Of a stretch of 61,811 nt of DNA, positions 46,216 to 56,430 are shown piece by piece (position 1 is the stretch's first letter; each line of letters opens with the position of its first letter). Made by a program: the position numbers and the translations under genes. The notes below the pieces were generated by a model that was given only the letters and a program-made list of their open reading frames with translations, was not told the DNA's origin and made no database searches. The DNA comes from Planctomycetaceae bacterium (lineage in GTDB: Bacteria; Planctomycetota; Planctomycetia; Pirellulales; UBA1268). The stretch covers positions 1-61,811 of the forward strand of contig SXWA01000004.1 of assembly GCA_005791575.1 (NCBI GenBank), written 5' to 3'.

Positions 46216-48348
46216 TCACCGGCCCCTCCCACGACCCGACCGGGCATCCTCGAGCGCGCGTCGCCACCACTCGCTGCCGGTGCGCCGCCTGTCGGGGGAG
46301 GCGTCGGGACGGTAACGGGCCTGGTCCGCCGCCGAGGCGTGGGTGGCTTCGACGAGACGGAGGAGCGCGTAGCGGCGGACCACGAGCGATTCATCGTCGA
46401 GCGAGCCCACAAGGTCGTGGCCGGCACCGGCGGCGAGCTCCTCCGGTGTGAAGCCGACCATCAGCCGCCACAGCAGGTCGGCCTTGCCGGGTGGCGCCAG
46501 GGCGACCAGGGCCTGGCGCAAACGGGCCGCGGCATTGGTACCCCGGGCCAGGGCCAGCGGCACGCTGCCCGCCTCGACCAGTTCCCATTGCCGGTTCTGC
46601 ACCTGCAGCGGCGCGGCATCGGCGACCAGCAGTGCGACCAGCGGCTCGAACCGGCCCAGAAGCGCCAGCGTCGCCGCCGCCAAGGACCGTTCCTCGACGC
46701 GCCGCGCCGCGGCCATCGCCGTGAGGACCGCATCCACCGGCGCGCCGGCCTCCAGCCGCGCCCGGAACCCAGCCGCTGCCGCCCGTTCCAACCGATCGCC
46801 GCCGCCATCGCCGGCCGCCCACGACGGCAGGCCGGCCGGCTCCGCCACGGTGATCGCAGTTGGATCACGGGAATCCCAGCCGAGCCGACGCCGCGATTCG
46901 AGGGCCACCTCCTCCGCAGCCCCGTCCGCCGCAACCGCCACCGGCCTCCAGCGCAATCCGGTTGCGACGGGAACCAGCACGCCGCGCGTGACCGCAGCGA
47001 CGGTCGCCGGATCGTCGCCCGCGGATCGCTCGAGTGTGACCTCGATCGCCGCCCCACCGGAGAGAGCGCCAGCCAGGGTTCCCTGCTGGCCGGCAGCGCG
47101 GATGGCCACCACGGCATCGGGGCGACTGCTGCGGATCAGCGCCCTGCCGAACACGAGTTCGAGGTGCGGCACCTCCGCGCCATCCATGGTGACGACCGCG
47201 CGTGTCCGCGGGAGGAGGCGGATGGTGACGTCCGCAAGCGTGACCTCCGGAGTGCACCCGGGAGGAACGACAACGTCGGCCCCGAGTGGGAGCTGACTCC
47301 CGGGAAGGCCCGCCTGCCACTCCCCGGCGCCCCCCGCCGCGCGCCACACGAGCGGCCACTCGCCGGTCACCGCGACCGTGGCGGTAGGGGCGGTGTCCAC
47401 CGGTGCCCCGGGGACAGCCCCCGCAGGCATCTCCGCTGCGGCAGCGACCGTCACGGCCACTTCGAGCGGCGTCGGCATGGGGCCTGCCCTGCCGTCTCCG
47501 GCGCGGGGGCCAGCGACCACGGCTTGTGGTGGCACCGCCTCACTGGCGTCCCCTGTGGCAGGGGTCGTCGACGGGCTCTGGGCAGCCGCGGCGCTGGTGG
47601 TCGCCAGGTTCTGGTCGACGGGCTGTGGCGGACCTTCGGCAGCGGGTGCCGGGATGCCCCCATCCGCCGCCAGCCCCCCATTGAACACTCCCCCGGCGGC
47701 CAATGGTGGGCCCGCCACCTTCTGCGCGTCGGGCAGTCCGGCGCGCGGTTTGGTCAGAGACAGCGTCAACAGGCCCATCAACGCCACCACGACAAGCAGG
47801 GCCACCGCTGCCGACCCCCAGGCGAGCCACGGGGTCGGTCGGCGGGGCTGCCGCGTGGCGGAGGGCTGCGGCTCGGGGCGCGCTGGCAACCGGCCGCCGC
47901 CGCGCACGCGCTCCACGGGCTCCCGTGGGGCGGTCCCGGGAGGTACAGGGGCGACCTGCCGCAGCGCCGCCAGCAGGCGCGCCCGGCCCTCCGCGTCGAA
48001 CACCGGCATCGCCCCCGGATCGACCGCCAATTCGGCGAGGATCTGGTGGCAGCCGGCGATCTCCGCCAGGTGCGTGTCCGATTCGAGGCAGACTCGCTCG
48101 AACGGCTCCAGCTGGTCCGTGGGAAGCGTGTTGTCGAGGTATTGGGCGACGGAATTGGGGTCGCTGGCGAGCCCTTTGCCCTCCACCCGGGGGGACGGCA
48201 ACTGCGGCCGGGCGATTGCCGCCTCGATCCGCTCGAGGAGCTGGCGGGCGACGGGGCTGGCGAACACCTTCTCACCCAGCGGGCCACGGTCGGCCTCGGG
48301 CAGCACGCCATCCATCCACGCCAGGAGGGTTCGCAGGGTCAGTCGCAT
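46216..48348 (-). CDS. Bitopic membrane hypothetical protein with an anti-sigma-like N-terminus
   Basis: MRLTLRTLLAWMD..., AQYLDNTL...FERVCLESD..LAEIAGCH, central TM (LAWGSAAVALLVVVALMGLL), beta-rich then helical C-part. Confidence 0.75.
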   Translation of the reverse strand: MRLTLRTLLAWMDGVLPEADRGPLGEKVFASPVARQLLERIEAAIARPQLPSPRVEGKGLASDPNSVAQYLDNTLPTDQLEPFERVCLESDTHLAEIAGCHQILAELAVDPGAMPVFDAEGRARLLAALRQVAPVPPGTAPREPVERVRGGGRLPARPEPQPSATRQPRRPTPWLAWGSAAVALLVVVALMGLLTLSLTKPRAGLPDAQKVAGPPLAAGGVFNGGLAADGGIPAPAAEGPPQPVDQNLATTSAAAAQSPSTTPATGDASEAVPPQAVVAGPRAGDGRAGPMPTPLEVAVTVAAAAEMPAGAVPGAPVDTAPTATVAVTGEWPLVWRAAGGAGEWQAGLPGSQLPLGADVVVPPGCTPEVTLADVTIRLLPRTRAVVTMDGAEVPHLELVFGRALIRSSRPDAVVAIRAAGQQGTLAGALSGGAAIEVTLERSAGDDPATVAAVTRGVLVPVATGLRWRPVAVAADGAAEEVALESRRRLGWDSRDPTAITVAEPAGLPSWAAGDGGGDRLERAAAAGFRARLEAGAPVDAVLTAMAAARRVEERSLAAATLALLGRFEPLVALLVADAAPLQVQNRQWELVEAGSVPLALARGTNAAARLRQALVALAPPGKADLLWRLMVGFTPEELAAGAGHDLVGSLDDESLVVRRYALLRLVEATHASAADQARYRPDASPDRRRTGSEWWRRALEDARSGRGRGR

Positions 48349-48667
48349 GGGTCCGTTCCTGGAACGGTTCGCTTTCGGGGGTTCGTCGCCGCCGACCGCC
48401 GCGATCCCGGGTCATTCTTGCCCGCCCGGCCTGCGGCGAGCGGGCAGGGGCTGTTCACCACCCGCTCGGGGAAAGAGTGCCGCGCCGGCCCTGTTTTCGT
48501 AGCGGGGAAAGAAAAAACCGCGGATCGCGCTGATCCACACGGGGGTGTGCGGCGTATAAAGCGTTCGGAGCGGTCAGGCGCCGGATGTCCGCGGTACGGC
48601 GCCCCCGTTTCCCTGGTCTGATTGCTCTCCCGCGGCAGTCCGGTTTCCCGACCCGTGGTGGGATTCC

Positions 48668-49231
48668 ATGAACGACGTGCAACTGGTCCACGACGCCTTC
48701 GTGCTCAAGGAATCGGCCGGGGCGATCGAACTCGTGGAGGGTCTGCTCCATACCGAGCAGGCGCCGCCGCCGGCCGTCGAGCGCCTGCTCGACCGCGTTC
48801 TGCACCGTCTCGATCGGCTCGGCACCCCGGCCCGGGATGCGGTGTTCGCGCTGCTGCTCCGGGGTGAGGCCTTGCGGGCCCTCGGCCGACTGCCGGAGTC
48901 GATCGCCGCCTTCCAGACCGTCGCCAACCGGGACCATGGGGTCGTCGCCGCCTGGGTGGGGCTCGGGTGGTGCCACAAGCGGACCGGCCGGCTCGAGCTG
49001 GCGATCGACTGCCTGCGGCAGGCCCTCACGGCCAGTCCCGACGAACCGTTGCTGCACTACAACCTGGCCTGTTACCTGTCGCTCTCCGGCGACGTGGCGG
49101 CGGCGGTGGAGCACCTCACCAGGGCGATTTCCCGCGAGGGTCGTTACCGAACCCTGACGATGGGGGAGCGTGATTTCGACCCGATCCGCTCCGATCCCCG
49201 GTTCCTGGAAGTGACGCGGGTGGCGGTTTGA
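48668..49231 (+). CDS. TPR protein
   Basis: LRGEALRALGR, LGWCHKRTG, YNLACYLS...C-terminal DFDPIRSDPRF. Confidence 0.88.
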   Translation: MNDVQLVHDAFVLKESAGAIELVEGLLHTEQAPPPAVERLLDRVLHRLDRLGTPARDAVFALLLRGEALRALGRLPESIAAFQTVANRDHGVVAAWVGLGWCHKRTGRLELAIDCLRQALTASPDEPLLHYNLACYLSLSGDVAAAVEHLTRAISREGRYRTLTMGERDFDPIRSDPRFLEVTRVAV

Positions 49232-49318
49232 ATCGGGCCGCCCGGCAGGCTGCACCGGACCTCTCTTCCCACCGCTCCGACGCCGTGGTTTGATGACGGA
49301 GTTCCGGGGAAAGCACCC

Positions 49319-50167
49319 ATGCCCACGCTCGCCAACGCCGCGCTGCAGGACGTCGTCTCGCTGCTGGGCTGTCCGGCTGCCGGCAACCCAGCGCAGTACC
49401 TCTTCGAACGCGCCTTTGCCGCGGCGGGGCTCGACTGGCGATTCCTCTCGCTCGAAGTGGCTCCGGACCGGCTCGGGGATGCCCTCGCCGGGGTGTCGGC
49501 GCTCGGTTTCCGCGGCTGCATTCTCGCCGGTCCGCTCCGCCGCCAGGCGCTCCCGCTGATGGGGCAGTCCTCCCCTTCGGCCTCCTTCGCCGGTGCCGCG
49601 AGCCTGGTGCACACCGGCCCCGAGGGACTCCTCGTCGGCCACATGACCGACGGGCGTGGCGTCCTCGCCGCCCTCCGCATGCATGCCGAGATCAGTGCCG
49701 AGCATGTCTTCGTGCTCGGCGCCGGGGCCGTGGGTCGGGCGGCCGCCCTGGAACTCTCTTTGGCGGGGGCGAAGGAGATCCTCGTCGCCAACCGCTCCCC
49801 CGAGCGCGCAGCGGCGCTCGTCGACGATCTCAACGCCATGGGCCGGGCGCAGGCGGCGGTGATTCCCTGGCACACGGTGATCGACATCCCCGAACGGGTG
49901 CGTGTGGTCGTGGCCGCGATCCCCGCGGCCGGCGGCCGGACCGCCCCCGACCTCCGCGGTCTCCGCGGCGATCAGGTGGTGGTCGACACCGCCGTCGCAT
50001 CGGGGCCGACCGCGGTGACACTCGCCGCAGCCCGCGCCGGAGCGTGCGTCGTGGACGGGCTCGAGGTCCACTGCCATCGCACGGCGATCGACTTCCAGGC
50101 CTGGACCGGCCTCGAAGCCGACACCGACCTGCTCCGTGAGGCACTCGACGAGTTCCTCGACGCCTGA
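49319..50167 (+). CDS. Divergent shikimate dehydrogenase-family protein
   Basis: GHMTDGRG, VLGAGAVGRA, VANRSPERA, VVDGLEV..F.AWTG; substrate-site motifs altered. Confidence 0.85.
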   Translation: MPTLANAALQDVVSLLGCPAAGNPAQYLFERAFAAAGLDWRFLSLEVAPDRLGDALAGVSALGFRGCILAGPLRRQALPLMGQSSPSASFAGAASLVHTGPEGLLVGHMTDGRGVLAALRMHAEISAEHVFVLGAGAVGRAAALELSLAGAKEILVANRSPERAAALVDDLNAMGRAQAAVIPWHTVIDIPERVRVVVAAIPAAGGRTAPDLRGLRGDQVVVDTAVASGPTAVTLAAARAGACVVDGLEVHCHRTAIDFQAWTGLEADTDLLREALDEFLDA

Positions 50168-50205
50168 CCGGCCCGCGGGGGGAAACACGCGCCGGGGCCC
50201 CGCGC

Positions 50206-51201
50206 TCAGTTCGCCGCTTCCGGGCCCACCCGCCGAAACTTTCGGACGAGGGCAGCGGCGGCTGTCCGCACGTCACTGACCGGGTCGTTCACCAAGCTGG
50301 TGACACGGCGGACCACCTCTGCGGGAGTCTCGTCGGTGCCGGCATCGACCAGCAGCGCCGTCGCCCGCAGGGCGTTCACCACCACCAGCGCCCGTTTGTA
50401 GCGGGCTGACTGGGCCTGGGGATCGTCCGCTGCCGCTGCCACGTCAGGGAGAGCGAGCATGTCGGAGAGCGTGGGAAAAGCCTCAGCCCTCCCCAGCCGC
50501 GCCAGGCCGACCGCGGCGTTGAAGCGGATGTCGTCGTCGGCCTGCGACTGCAGTTCGAGGAGTCGTTCCGCGGCCCCTGGCCCACCGACGACGCCGAGCG
50601 TGAACGCCGCCGCCGAGGCGAGTTGCCGGTCGGACGACCGCGAGGCGCTGATCACCGCCTCCGCCGCGGCCGCCTCGTCCCAGTCGACACCGGTGGGGGA
50701 GAGATTGGCCGCCAGCACCGCGAGGGCCTCGACAGCCGCCCGGGCGCGTGTCGGAACGGAGCCGTCGCGGGCCTGGGCGACGAGGGGCGCGGCGGCCTCG
50801 GGGATCGCGAACTCACCGAGGGCGCGGCAAAGATAGAGCTCCAGCATCTCCGACTGCTCACCAGTGCGGCCGCTGGCGACCTCGTCGGAGAGGATGCGGC
50901 CCAGTTCCGTGGCCAGCGCGGTGTCGTGCTTGAGCGTCGCTCCGCGCGGGCCGCGGATGTCGTTGGCGAGGTTGAGCGCGGCCTGCCAGCGGCCTTCGTT
51001 GGCGCGGCGCAGCGTCCGCACATAGGCCTGGGGATCGTTGCCCAGGTGCGCCAGCCAGTGGAATGCCAGCCAGACGCACACGATGATGGCGACGATCAGC
51101 CCCGGCACCAGGAACAGCTGCACCAGGAATGCGGCACTGGGCGGCTCCACCGGGGGGAGCATGTCGTCGGCGGAGAGTTGCCGGGAAGGTTTGTCAGCCA
51201 T
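50206..51201 (-). CDS. Membrane-anchored HEAT-repeat protein
   Basis: LPPVEPPSA, TM (FLVPGLIVAIIVCVWLAF), HEAT-like repeats. Confidence 0.85.
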   Translation of the reverse strand: MADKPSRQLSADDMLPPVEPPSAAFLVQLFLVPGLIVAIIVCVWLAFHWLAHLGNDPQAYVRTLRRANEGRWQAALNLANDIRGPRGATLKHDTALATELGRILSDEVASGRTGEQSEMLELYLCRALGEFAIPEAAAPLVAQARDGSVPTRARAAVEALAVLAANLSPTGVDWDEAAAAEAVISASRSSDRQLASAAAFTLGVVGGPGAAERLLELQSQADDDIRFNAAVGLARLGRAEAFPTLSDMLALPDVAAAADDPQAQSARYKRALVVVNALRATALLVDAGTDETPAEVVRRVTSLVNDPVSDVRTAAAALVRKFRRVGPEAAN

Positions 51202-51303
51202 ACAGGGCAGTGTAGGCCGACCGGACAAAAAGTCCTCCACCGCGGGTTTTTTACCCGGGAAAAACAACCCCGGCGCACCACGCGCCCACTCGCACCCGCG
51301 ACC

Positions 51304-52083
51304 ATGCCACCGCTCCTTCCCCCCGCCGCACCTCCCGACTGGCCGATGGCCGACTGGCTGATGGCCGGTCCGCCGACGGTGGCGGAGCAGCTCGCGCTCG
51401 ACGAGGCCCTCCTCGAGGAGGCCCACGAGGGGCTGATCGCGCGGCCCGTCGTGCGGTGCTGGATGGCGGCAAAGCCGACCGTGGTGGTCGGTTCGTCGAG
51501 CCATGTCGATCAGGAGGTCGATCGGGAGGCCTGTGCCGTGGCCGGGGTGGGCATCCTGCGGCGCCCCAGTGGCGGCCTCACGGTGCTGTTGGGGCCCGGC
51601 TGCCTGATGTGGTCGGTGATCATCCCCTGCCCCGCCGGGCCGCCGCCGGTGGAACAGATCCATCGCGGGCTCCTCGATCCGCTCGCGCTGGCGATCAATC
51701 TCCGCCTCCCGGCGGGCCAGCGGGTGGAGCGGCTGGGGACCTGCGACCTGGCGCTGGTGACCGGGACCGACCAGCGGAAGATCGGCGGCAACGCGCTGCG
51801 GATCCGGCGCTGCGGGCTGCTCTATCACGGCACCCTGCTCCATGGTCTCGACCTCGCGCTTGTCGGCCACGTCCTCCGCCATCCGCCGCGGGAACCCGAC
51901 TACCGCGGCCGGCGACCCCACGCGGCGTTTCTCACCCAGCTTCCTCTCGGCCGGGCTGTCCTCGAAGAGGCGGTCCGCGACGCCTTCGGTGCGACCGGGC
52001 AGCGGACCGAGTGGCCCATCGAGCGCGTCGGTCGCCTCGTCGGCGAGCGCTATTCCTCAACGTCATGGACGGAACGGCTCTGA
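51304..52083 (+). CDS. Lipoate-protein ligase A family protein
   Basis: LALDEALL, RRPSGG, RKIGGNA, YHGTLL. Confidence 0.9.
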   Translation: MPPLLPPAAPPDWPMADWLMAGPPTVAEQLALDEALLEEAHEGLIARPVVRCWMAAKPTVVVGSSSHVDQEVDREACAVAGVGILRRPSGGLTVLLGPGCLMWSVIIPCPAGPPPVEQIHRGLLDPLALAINLRLPAGQRVERLGTCDLALVTGTDQRKIGGNALRIRRCGLLYHGTLLHGLDLALVGHVLRHPPREPDYRGRRPHAAFLTQLPLGRAVLEEAVRDAFGATGQRTEWPIERVGRLVGERYSSTSWTERL

Positions 52084-52301
52084 CGGGCGGCCCCGCGCCG
52101 GCGTTGCCGATTGCGGCGGCGGCGCAAACTGGGAAAACCCGACGCGGGGCAACGGCTGGCCAGTCGACGAAAACCCAAGGTCATGCCTCGGCCCGTAGAT
52201 GACGATTCCATGGGTGGCACGGAGCGGGGATGCAGCGACCACCGGAAACCAACCTTCCAACGGAGGAGGGTTCCCGGTAGGGTCCTCGGCCCCCGATCGA
52301 C

Positions 52302-52610
52302 ATGACGTCGTTCGAGAGTCTGCGACAGGAGGTTGCGTTCATGCGACTGCACATGCATGCCGCCGACGTGCGGGAACTCGTTTCGCGGTACTTCCTCGAC
52401 ATGGGCGTCGACGCGGTCGATGTCGCCGAGGTCCAGGAGAACATCCGCATCGACCGCGGCCGCTGCGTGGCGCGGTGCTACCGCGTCGCGGAGATGTTCG
52501 CGATGTGGCTGATCGACGTCGGCGTACTGCAGTTCTACGACGCGGATGGCGAAATGCTGCAGACGGTGAACCTGTTCACCGAACTGCAGCCGCAGCGGGC
52601 CGCCGCCTGA
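52302..52610 (+). CDS. Hypothetical protein
   Basis: 102-aa ORF with GC3-rich codons; ends QFYDADGEMLQTVNL...RAAA. Confidence 0.7.
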   Translation: MTSFESLRQEVAFMRLHMHAADVRELVSRYFLDMGVDAVDVAEVQENIRIDRGRCVARCYRVAEMFAMWLIDVGVLQFYDADGEMLQTVNLFTELQPQRAAA

Positions 52611-52661
52611 CGGCGACCGCTCGAGTTCATACGGGGTGTGATCCGGATCGGGGGGGCCTGG

Positions 52662-53669
52662 ATGATGCCGCGCGCCTGCACGGGCCGCAGGCTGTCGATC
52701 GTCGTACCGGTGACCGGAGACACGGCCGCACTGGAAGAGACGCTCGTCAGCGTGCTGGAGAACCGACCTGCCGACACGGAAGTGATCGTCGGTCTGGGTT
52801 GTGACTACGCCGACCCGTGGAACATCGGCGACGAAGTGACGTTCGTCGCCGCTCCGCGTGGTGCGGGGATGGTCGTCTGCGTCAACACCGCGCTGGCGCA
52901 TGCCACCGGGGACGTGATCCACGTCCTCGCCGCCGGGTGGCGGGCGACCCCCGGCTGGACCGACGCCCCGATCGCGTTGATCGGCGAAGGTTCGGCCGAC
53001 GCCGTGGTGCCGCTGGCCGTGGCGGCCGACGATCCTCTCCACGTGGTCGAAGCGGGGCTGCGCGTCTCGCGGGGTGGCCGCCGCAGGGTGGTGGTGCCGC
53101 GGCGCAGTGCCGCCCACGCCGACAGCTACAGTCCGCCGCGAACGCGTGAATCGATCGGCCCGGAACTCGTGGCGGGGTTCTGGTCGGCGGCCGCGCTCGA
53201 GCGCGTCGGACCGGGCTTCGCTGCCACCTGCGGGGCCGTCGCCGATGCCGATTTGGCGGTCGCTCTGTCGCGGACCGGTGGTCGCACGGTGGTGGAAGCG
53301 TCGAGCCGGGTGATCGCGCCGGCCCTGCCCTCCGCCCCGGTTCCCGCCTTCACGCAGGGCTTGTATGCGGAACGGCTCTTCTGGCGGTCGATGGTCGGCG
53401 CCGGGGTGACGACGTCGCTGCTGGCCCACGGCCTGGAAGTCCTGCGCCATGCCGTGACGACAGCCCCGCTGGGCACGGTGCCGATGCTCGTGGGGCGGCT
53501 CCTGGCAACGCTCTCCTTTGGGAGCTACCTGCCCCGCTACCGCCAGCTCCGCGCCCTGATCGATGCCCGGACCGACGACGCGGGTATCGACTCCCCGGCG
53601 ACGATCGCGATCGGCACGCGTGCGGCGGCGGTGGAACCAGCCGAGCCGGCCCTCCGGCGCTCGGCCTGA
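52662..53669 (+). CDS. Glycosyltransferase family 2-like protein (degenerate)
   Basis: LSIVVP, LEETLVSVLENRP, N..LAHATGDVIHVL; no DxD at the expected position. Confidence 0.75.
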   Translation: MMPRACTGRRLSIVVPVTGDTAALEETLVSVLENRPADTEVIVGLGCDYADPWNIGDEVTFVAAPRGAGMVVCVNTALAHATGDVIHVLAAGWRATPGWTDAPIALIGEGSADAVVPLAVAADDPLHVVEAGLRVSRGGRRRVVVPRRSAAHADSYSPPRTRESIGPELVAGFWSAAALERVGPGFAATCGAVADADLAVALSRTGGRTVVEASSRVIAPALPSAPVPAFTQGLYAERLFWRSMVGAGVTTSLLAHGLEVLRHAVTTAPLGTVPMLVGRLLATLSFGSYLPRYRQLRALIDARTDDAGIDSPATIAIGTRAAAVEPAEPALRRSA

Positions 53670-53789
53670 ATCGGGAGGCCTCCCGCGGGTCAGGAGGGGA
53701 GGCGGCAGCCACCCCGCCAGCGGCGTCTTTTGGCCGCCTCCCGCGGCTGGTAGACTCCCGAAAGTCGATGGCCCCGTATCGCAGTCGAT

Positions 53790-53863
<74 letters not shown>

Positions 53864-53959
53864 TTCCCGTTTTCGCCGGAACGATGCACGTTTTGAGCGG
53901 CTTTACCAGCCCGGCCGGCACGGTGAACAGCCGCACACCTGCCCGGGATGTCACGGCAC

Positions 53960-54340
53960 CGGCGCTGCCGGCCAGCCGTTCGACGGTCCCGTTGGCTCGT
54001 TCGGCGATCCATGGTTTGAGTTGCTCGGCGACGTCTGGCCGCAGCGGCAGGGTGCACGTTGGCCGTTCTTGGCGTCTGCCCCCGGCATCACGACGACGGG
54101 ACATTCGCCGTCGAGCCGCACGTCGGCGACGTGGTGCGGCGACACGCTGCGGCGAGCACCCTTCCCCCGTTTGTGGGAGAGGTGCACGAGGGAGGCGTCG
54201 ACATGGTCGACGATCGGCGTGTTGGCGTGCTCTGCGACATCGACTTCGGCTTGGGTGACGATCCCGGCACGCACCTTTTCGGCTTGCGATTCGAGGTCGG
54301 TGAGGACGGATCGGGCAGCGTTGACCACGCGCGTGATCAC
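53960..54340 (-). pseudogene. Internally deleted/frameshifted tyrosine integrase remnant
   Basis: AARSVLTDLESQAEKVRAGIVT...PIVDHV (integrase N-region-like) joined to GADAKNGQRA, then TLPLRPDVAEQLKPW in another frame (catalytic Lys region-like). Lies directly 3' of a tRNA. Confidence 0.55.
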
Positions 54341-54346
54341 GACCCT

Positions 54347-56338
54347 TCAGCGCCCCTTCCGACCCCGGTCCCCGTGGCGTTCGGCGGCGCCGCCGGTCGA
54401 TGGCGAATCGTCGTGATCCATCGGCCGGCAGCGGGCTTCGTACCGCGCGATTTCGCCGAGGATCGGCTCCGCCTCGTCGGCCGACAGTTCTTCACGCGCG
54501 GCCTCCATCAGCTGCGGGGCGATCGCCAGCGCCGCCGCGACCTGGTTGGTGTCACGATACAGCGAGAACAGGTTCATGCAGTTCATGAAGTCGGGGTGAA
54601 GGTCGGTGGCGATTTCGAAGTGTTCGATCGACTCGGCGATCGAGCCGTTTTCCGCGAGCAGGGTTGCCAACGCGCTGTGGGCGTCCCAGGCGTCGGGCTT
54701 GAGCCGGATGACCTCTCGATAGGTGTCGATCGCCTCGAGAAACCGTCCGTTCTTTTCCAGGGCCACTGCCAGCGATTGGACCGCCGCCGGCAGGCGCGGG
54801 TGGAGGCGGTGGTGCGTGCGGCACACGGCCAGCATCTGCGGATACCGCTGCGTCCGATCGAGAACCGCGATGACGACATTTGGCACGAACCGCGTCCCGG
54901 AGTTCATCCGCCACGCCCGCATGACCTTGTCGATGCCCGCCTCGGCAGCGCCATCCTCGCAGTCCTGCCAGCCGGCGAAGGCGAGGGCCAAGGCGTCGTC
55001 GGGCTGGTGGGCGAGGACGTGGTCCCACAGCCCGGACTTCGTCGCCAAGCGCGGCACGGTCGCGACCACCAGTCCTACCGACGCCACCGTCACGGCGACC
55101 GTCGGCAGCCACGATCCCGCAGCCGCCAGCCGGTGGCGACCGGGCGTCCGGGCCCCGAGGACGCGCGCTGCCAGCACCCGGACCGCTTCCATGACCGTGA
55201 TCGTGACGAGCGGGAGCACGGCCAGGGAGGCCACGTACATCCGCCGTTCGGCGATCTCCTCGTGGGGCAAGGGCACGATCAAGGTCGGCGACAGGACGAG
55301 GAAGAACGACGCCAGCGCGAACCCCAACGGACGCCGATACCACACGGCGACGGCGGCGACCGCGAGGTAGGCGGCGAGGCCGATCACACCCGGCCAGGCA
55401 GCGCCGAGCGAATGCAGCGTCGGCACGTGGTAGTGCACCAGCAGCGGGATCGGCCAGAACAGCAATCGCCAATAGACGAAAAACGACCCGCACTGCGTGA
55501 GCCAGAAGTCGTGCGCGGAAATCGTGTTGTTGAAGCCGGCGAGGGGCGTGCCCTTGCCGTTCGCATACAGCAGGGCCAGCGGCAGCGAACTGAAAAGGAG
55601 TCCCAGGTACAGCGGCCAGGACCGCCTCAGGATGGTGGCCGGTGAACCGCCGACGAAGGTCCATTCGTAAAGGGCCACGACGGCCGGGATCGAGGCCATC
55701 ATTTCCTTGGACAGCATCCCTCCCGTGCCGGTGCAGGTCGCGATCGCCGCCATGATCGCTTTCGACGACCAGCGCCGGCAGCGCCAGAAGCCGATCGCCG
55801 CCAGGAGCGTGAGGAGGTAAAAGAATCCCATCTGCAGGTCGGTGCGCTGGGTCAGGTAGACGATCGTCTCTTCGTGGACCGGGTGGACCATCCAGACCAG
55901 GGCGGCGGCGAATCCCATCGCTCCCGCCCGGTCCGTGAAGCGGCCGGCGAACACCGGCGACCGCACCGTGGCCGCCACGATCAGCCATGCCGCCAGCGCC
56001 GCAGTGACATGGACGGCGATGTTGACCAAGCGGTATCCTGCCGGGGTGGTTCCCCCGAAGCGGTAGTTCACGGCGAACGTCAGATTGACGGCCGGGCGGA
56101 CCTCCAGGGGCGTCCCCGGGGACGGCATGAGCCCGCCGTTCGTGCCGAACAGGGGAAATAGACGGCGGATCGATTCGTTCTTCTCGATCGAAGCGACATC
56201 GTCGAAGATCAGTTCGTAATCGAGGGTCCGTCCGTAGACGCCCCAGCACACGGCCAGGAGTACGGCGATCCCGACCAGCGGCGATATGTGGCTCGCGATC
56301 CGACCAAGGGATGCCGTCGTCATCGTGAAGCACCACAC
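54347..56338 (-). CDS. GT-C fold membrane glycosyltransferase with C-terminal TPRs (TMTC-like)
   Basis: FDD after TM1, RPAVNLTF, YRLVNIAVH, HPVHEETIVY, SKE, ERRMY, TPR repeats. Confidence 0.85.
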   Translation of the reverse strand: MWCFTMTTASLGRIASHISPLVGIAVLLAVCWGVYGRTLDYELIFDDVASIEKNESIRRLFPLFGTNGGLMPSPGTPLEVRPAVNLTFAVNYRFGGTTPAGYRLVNIAVHVTAALAAWLIVAATVRSPVFAGRFTDRAGAMGFAAALVWMVHPVHEETIVYLTQRTDLQMGFFYLLTLLAAIGFWRCRRWSSKAIMAAIATCTGTGGMLSKEMMASIPAVVALYEWTFVGGSPATILRRSWPLYLGLLFSSLPLALLYANGKGTPLAGFNNTISAHDFWLTQCGSFFVYWRLLFWPIPLLVHYHVPTLHSLGAAWPGVIGLAAYLAVAAVAVWYRRPLGFALASFFLVLSPTLIVPLPHEEIAERRMYVASLAVLPLVTITVMEAVRVLAARVLGARTPGRHRLAAAGSWLPTVAVTVASVGLVVATVPRLATKSGLWDHVLAHQPDDALALAFAGWQDCEDGAAEAGIDKVMRAWRMNSGTRFVPNVVIAVLDRTQRYPQMLAVCRTHHRLHPRLPAAVQSLAVALEKNGRFLEAIDTYREVIRLKPDAWDAHSALATLLAENGSIAESIEHFEIATDLHPDFMNCMNLFSLYRDTNQVAAALAIAPQLMEAAREELSADEAEPILGEIARYEARCRPMDHDDSPSTGGAAERHGDRGRKGR

Positions 56339-56430
56339 GTCGGCAGTGACGGCTCCAGACGGCCCCCTCGCGGTGGGTCCTTGACGTCCATGTCTGGACG
56401 CTAGCTGAATCCCTCGCGAGGAGTCTACGG

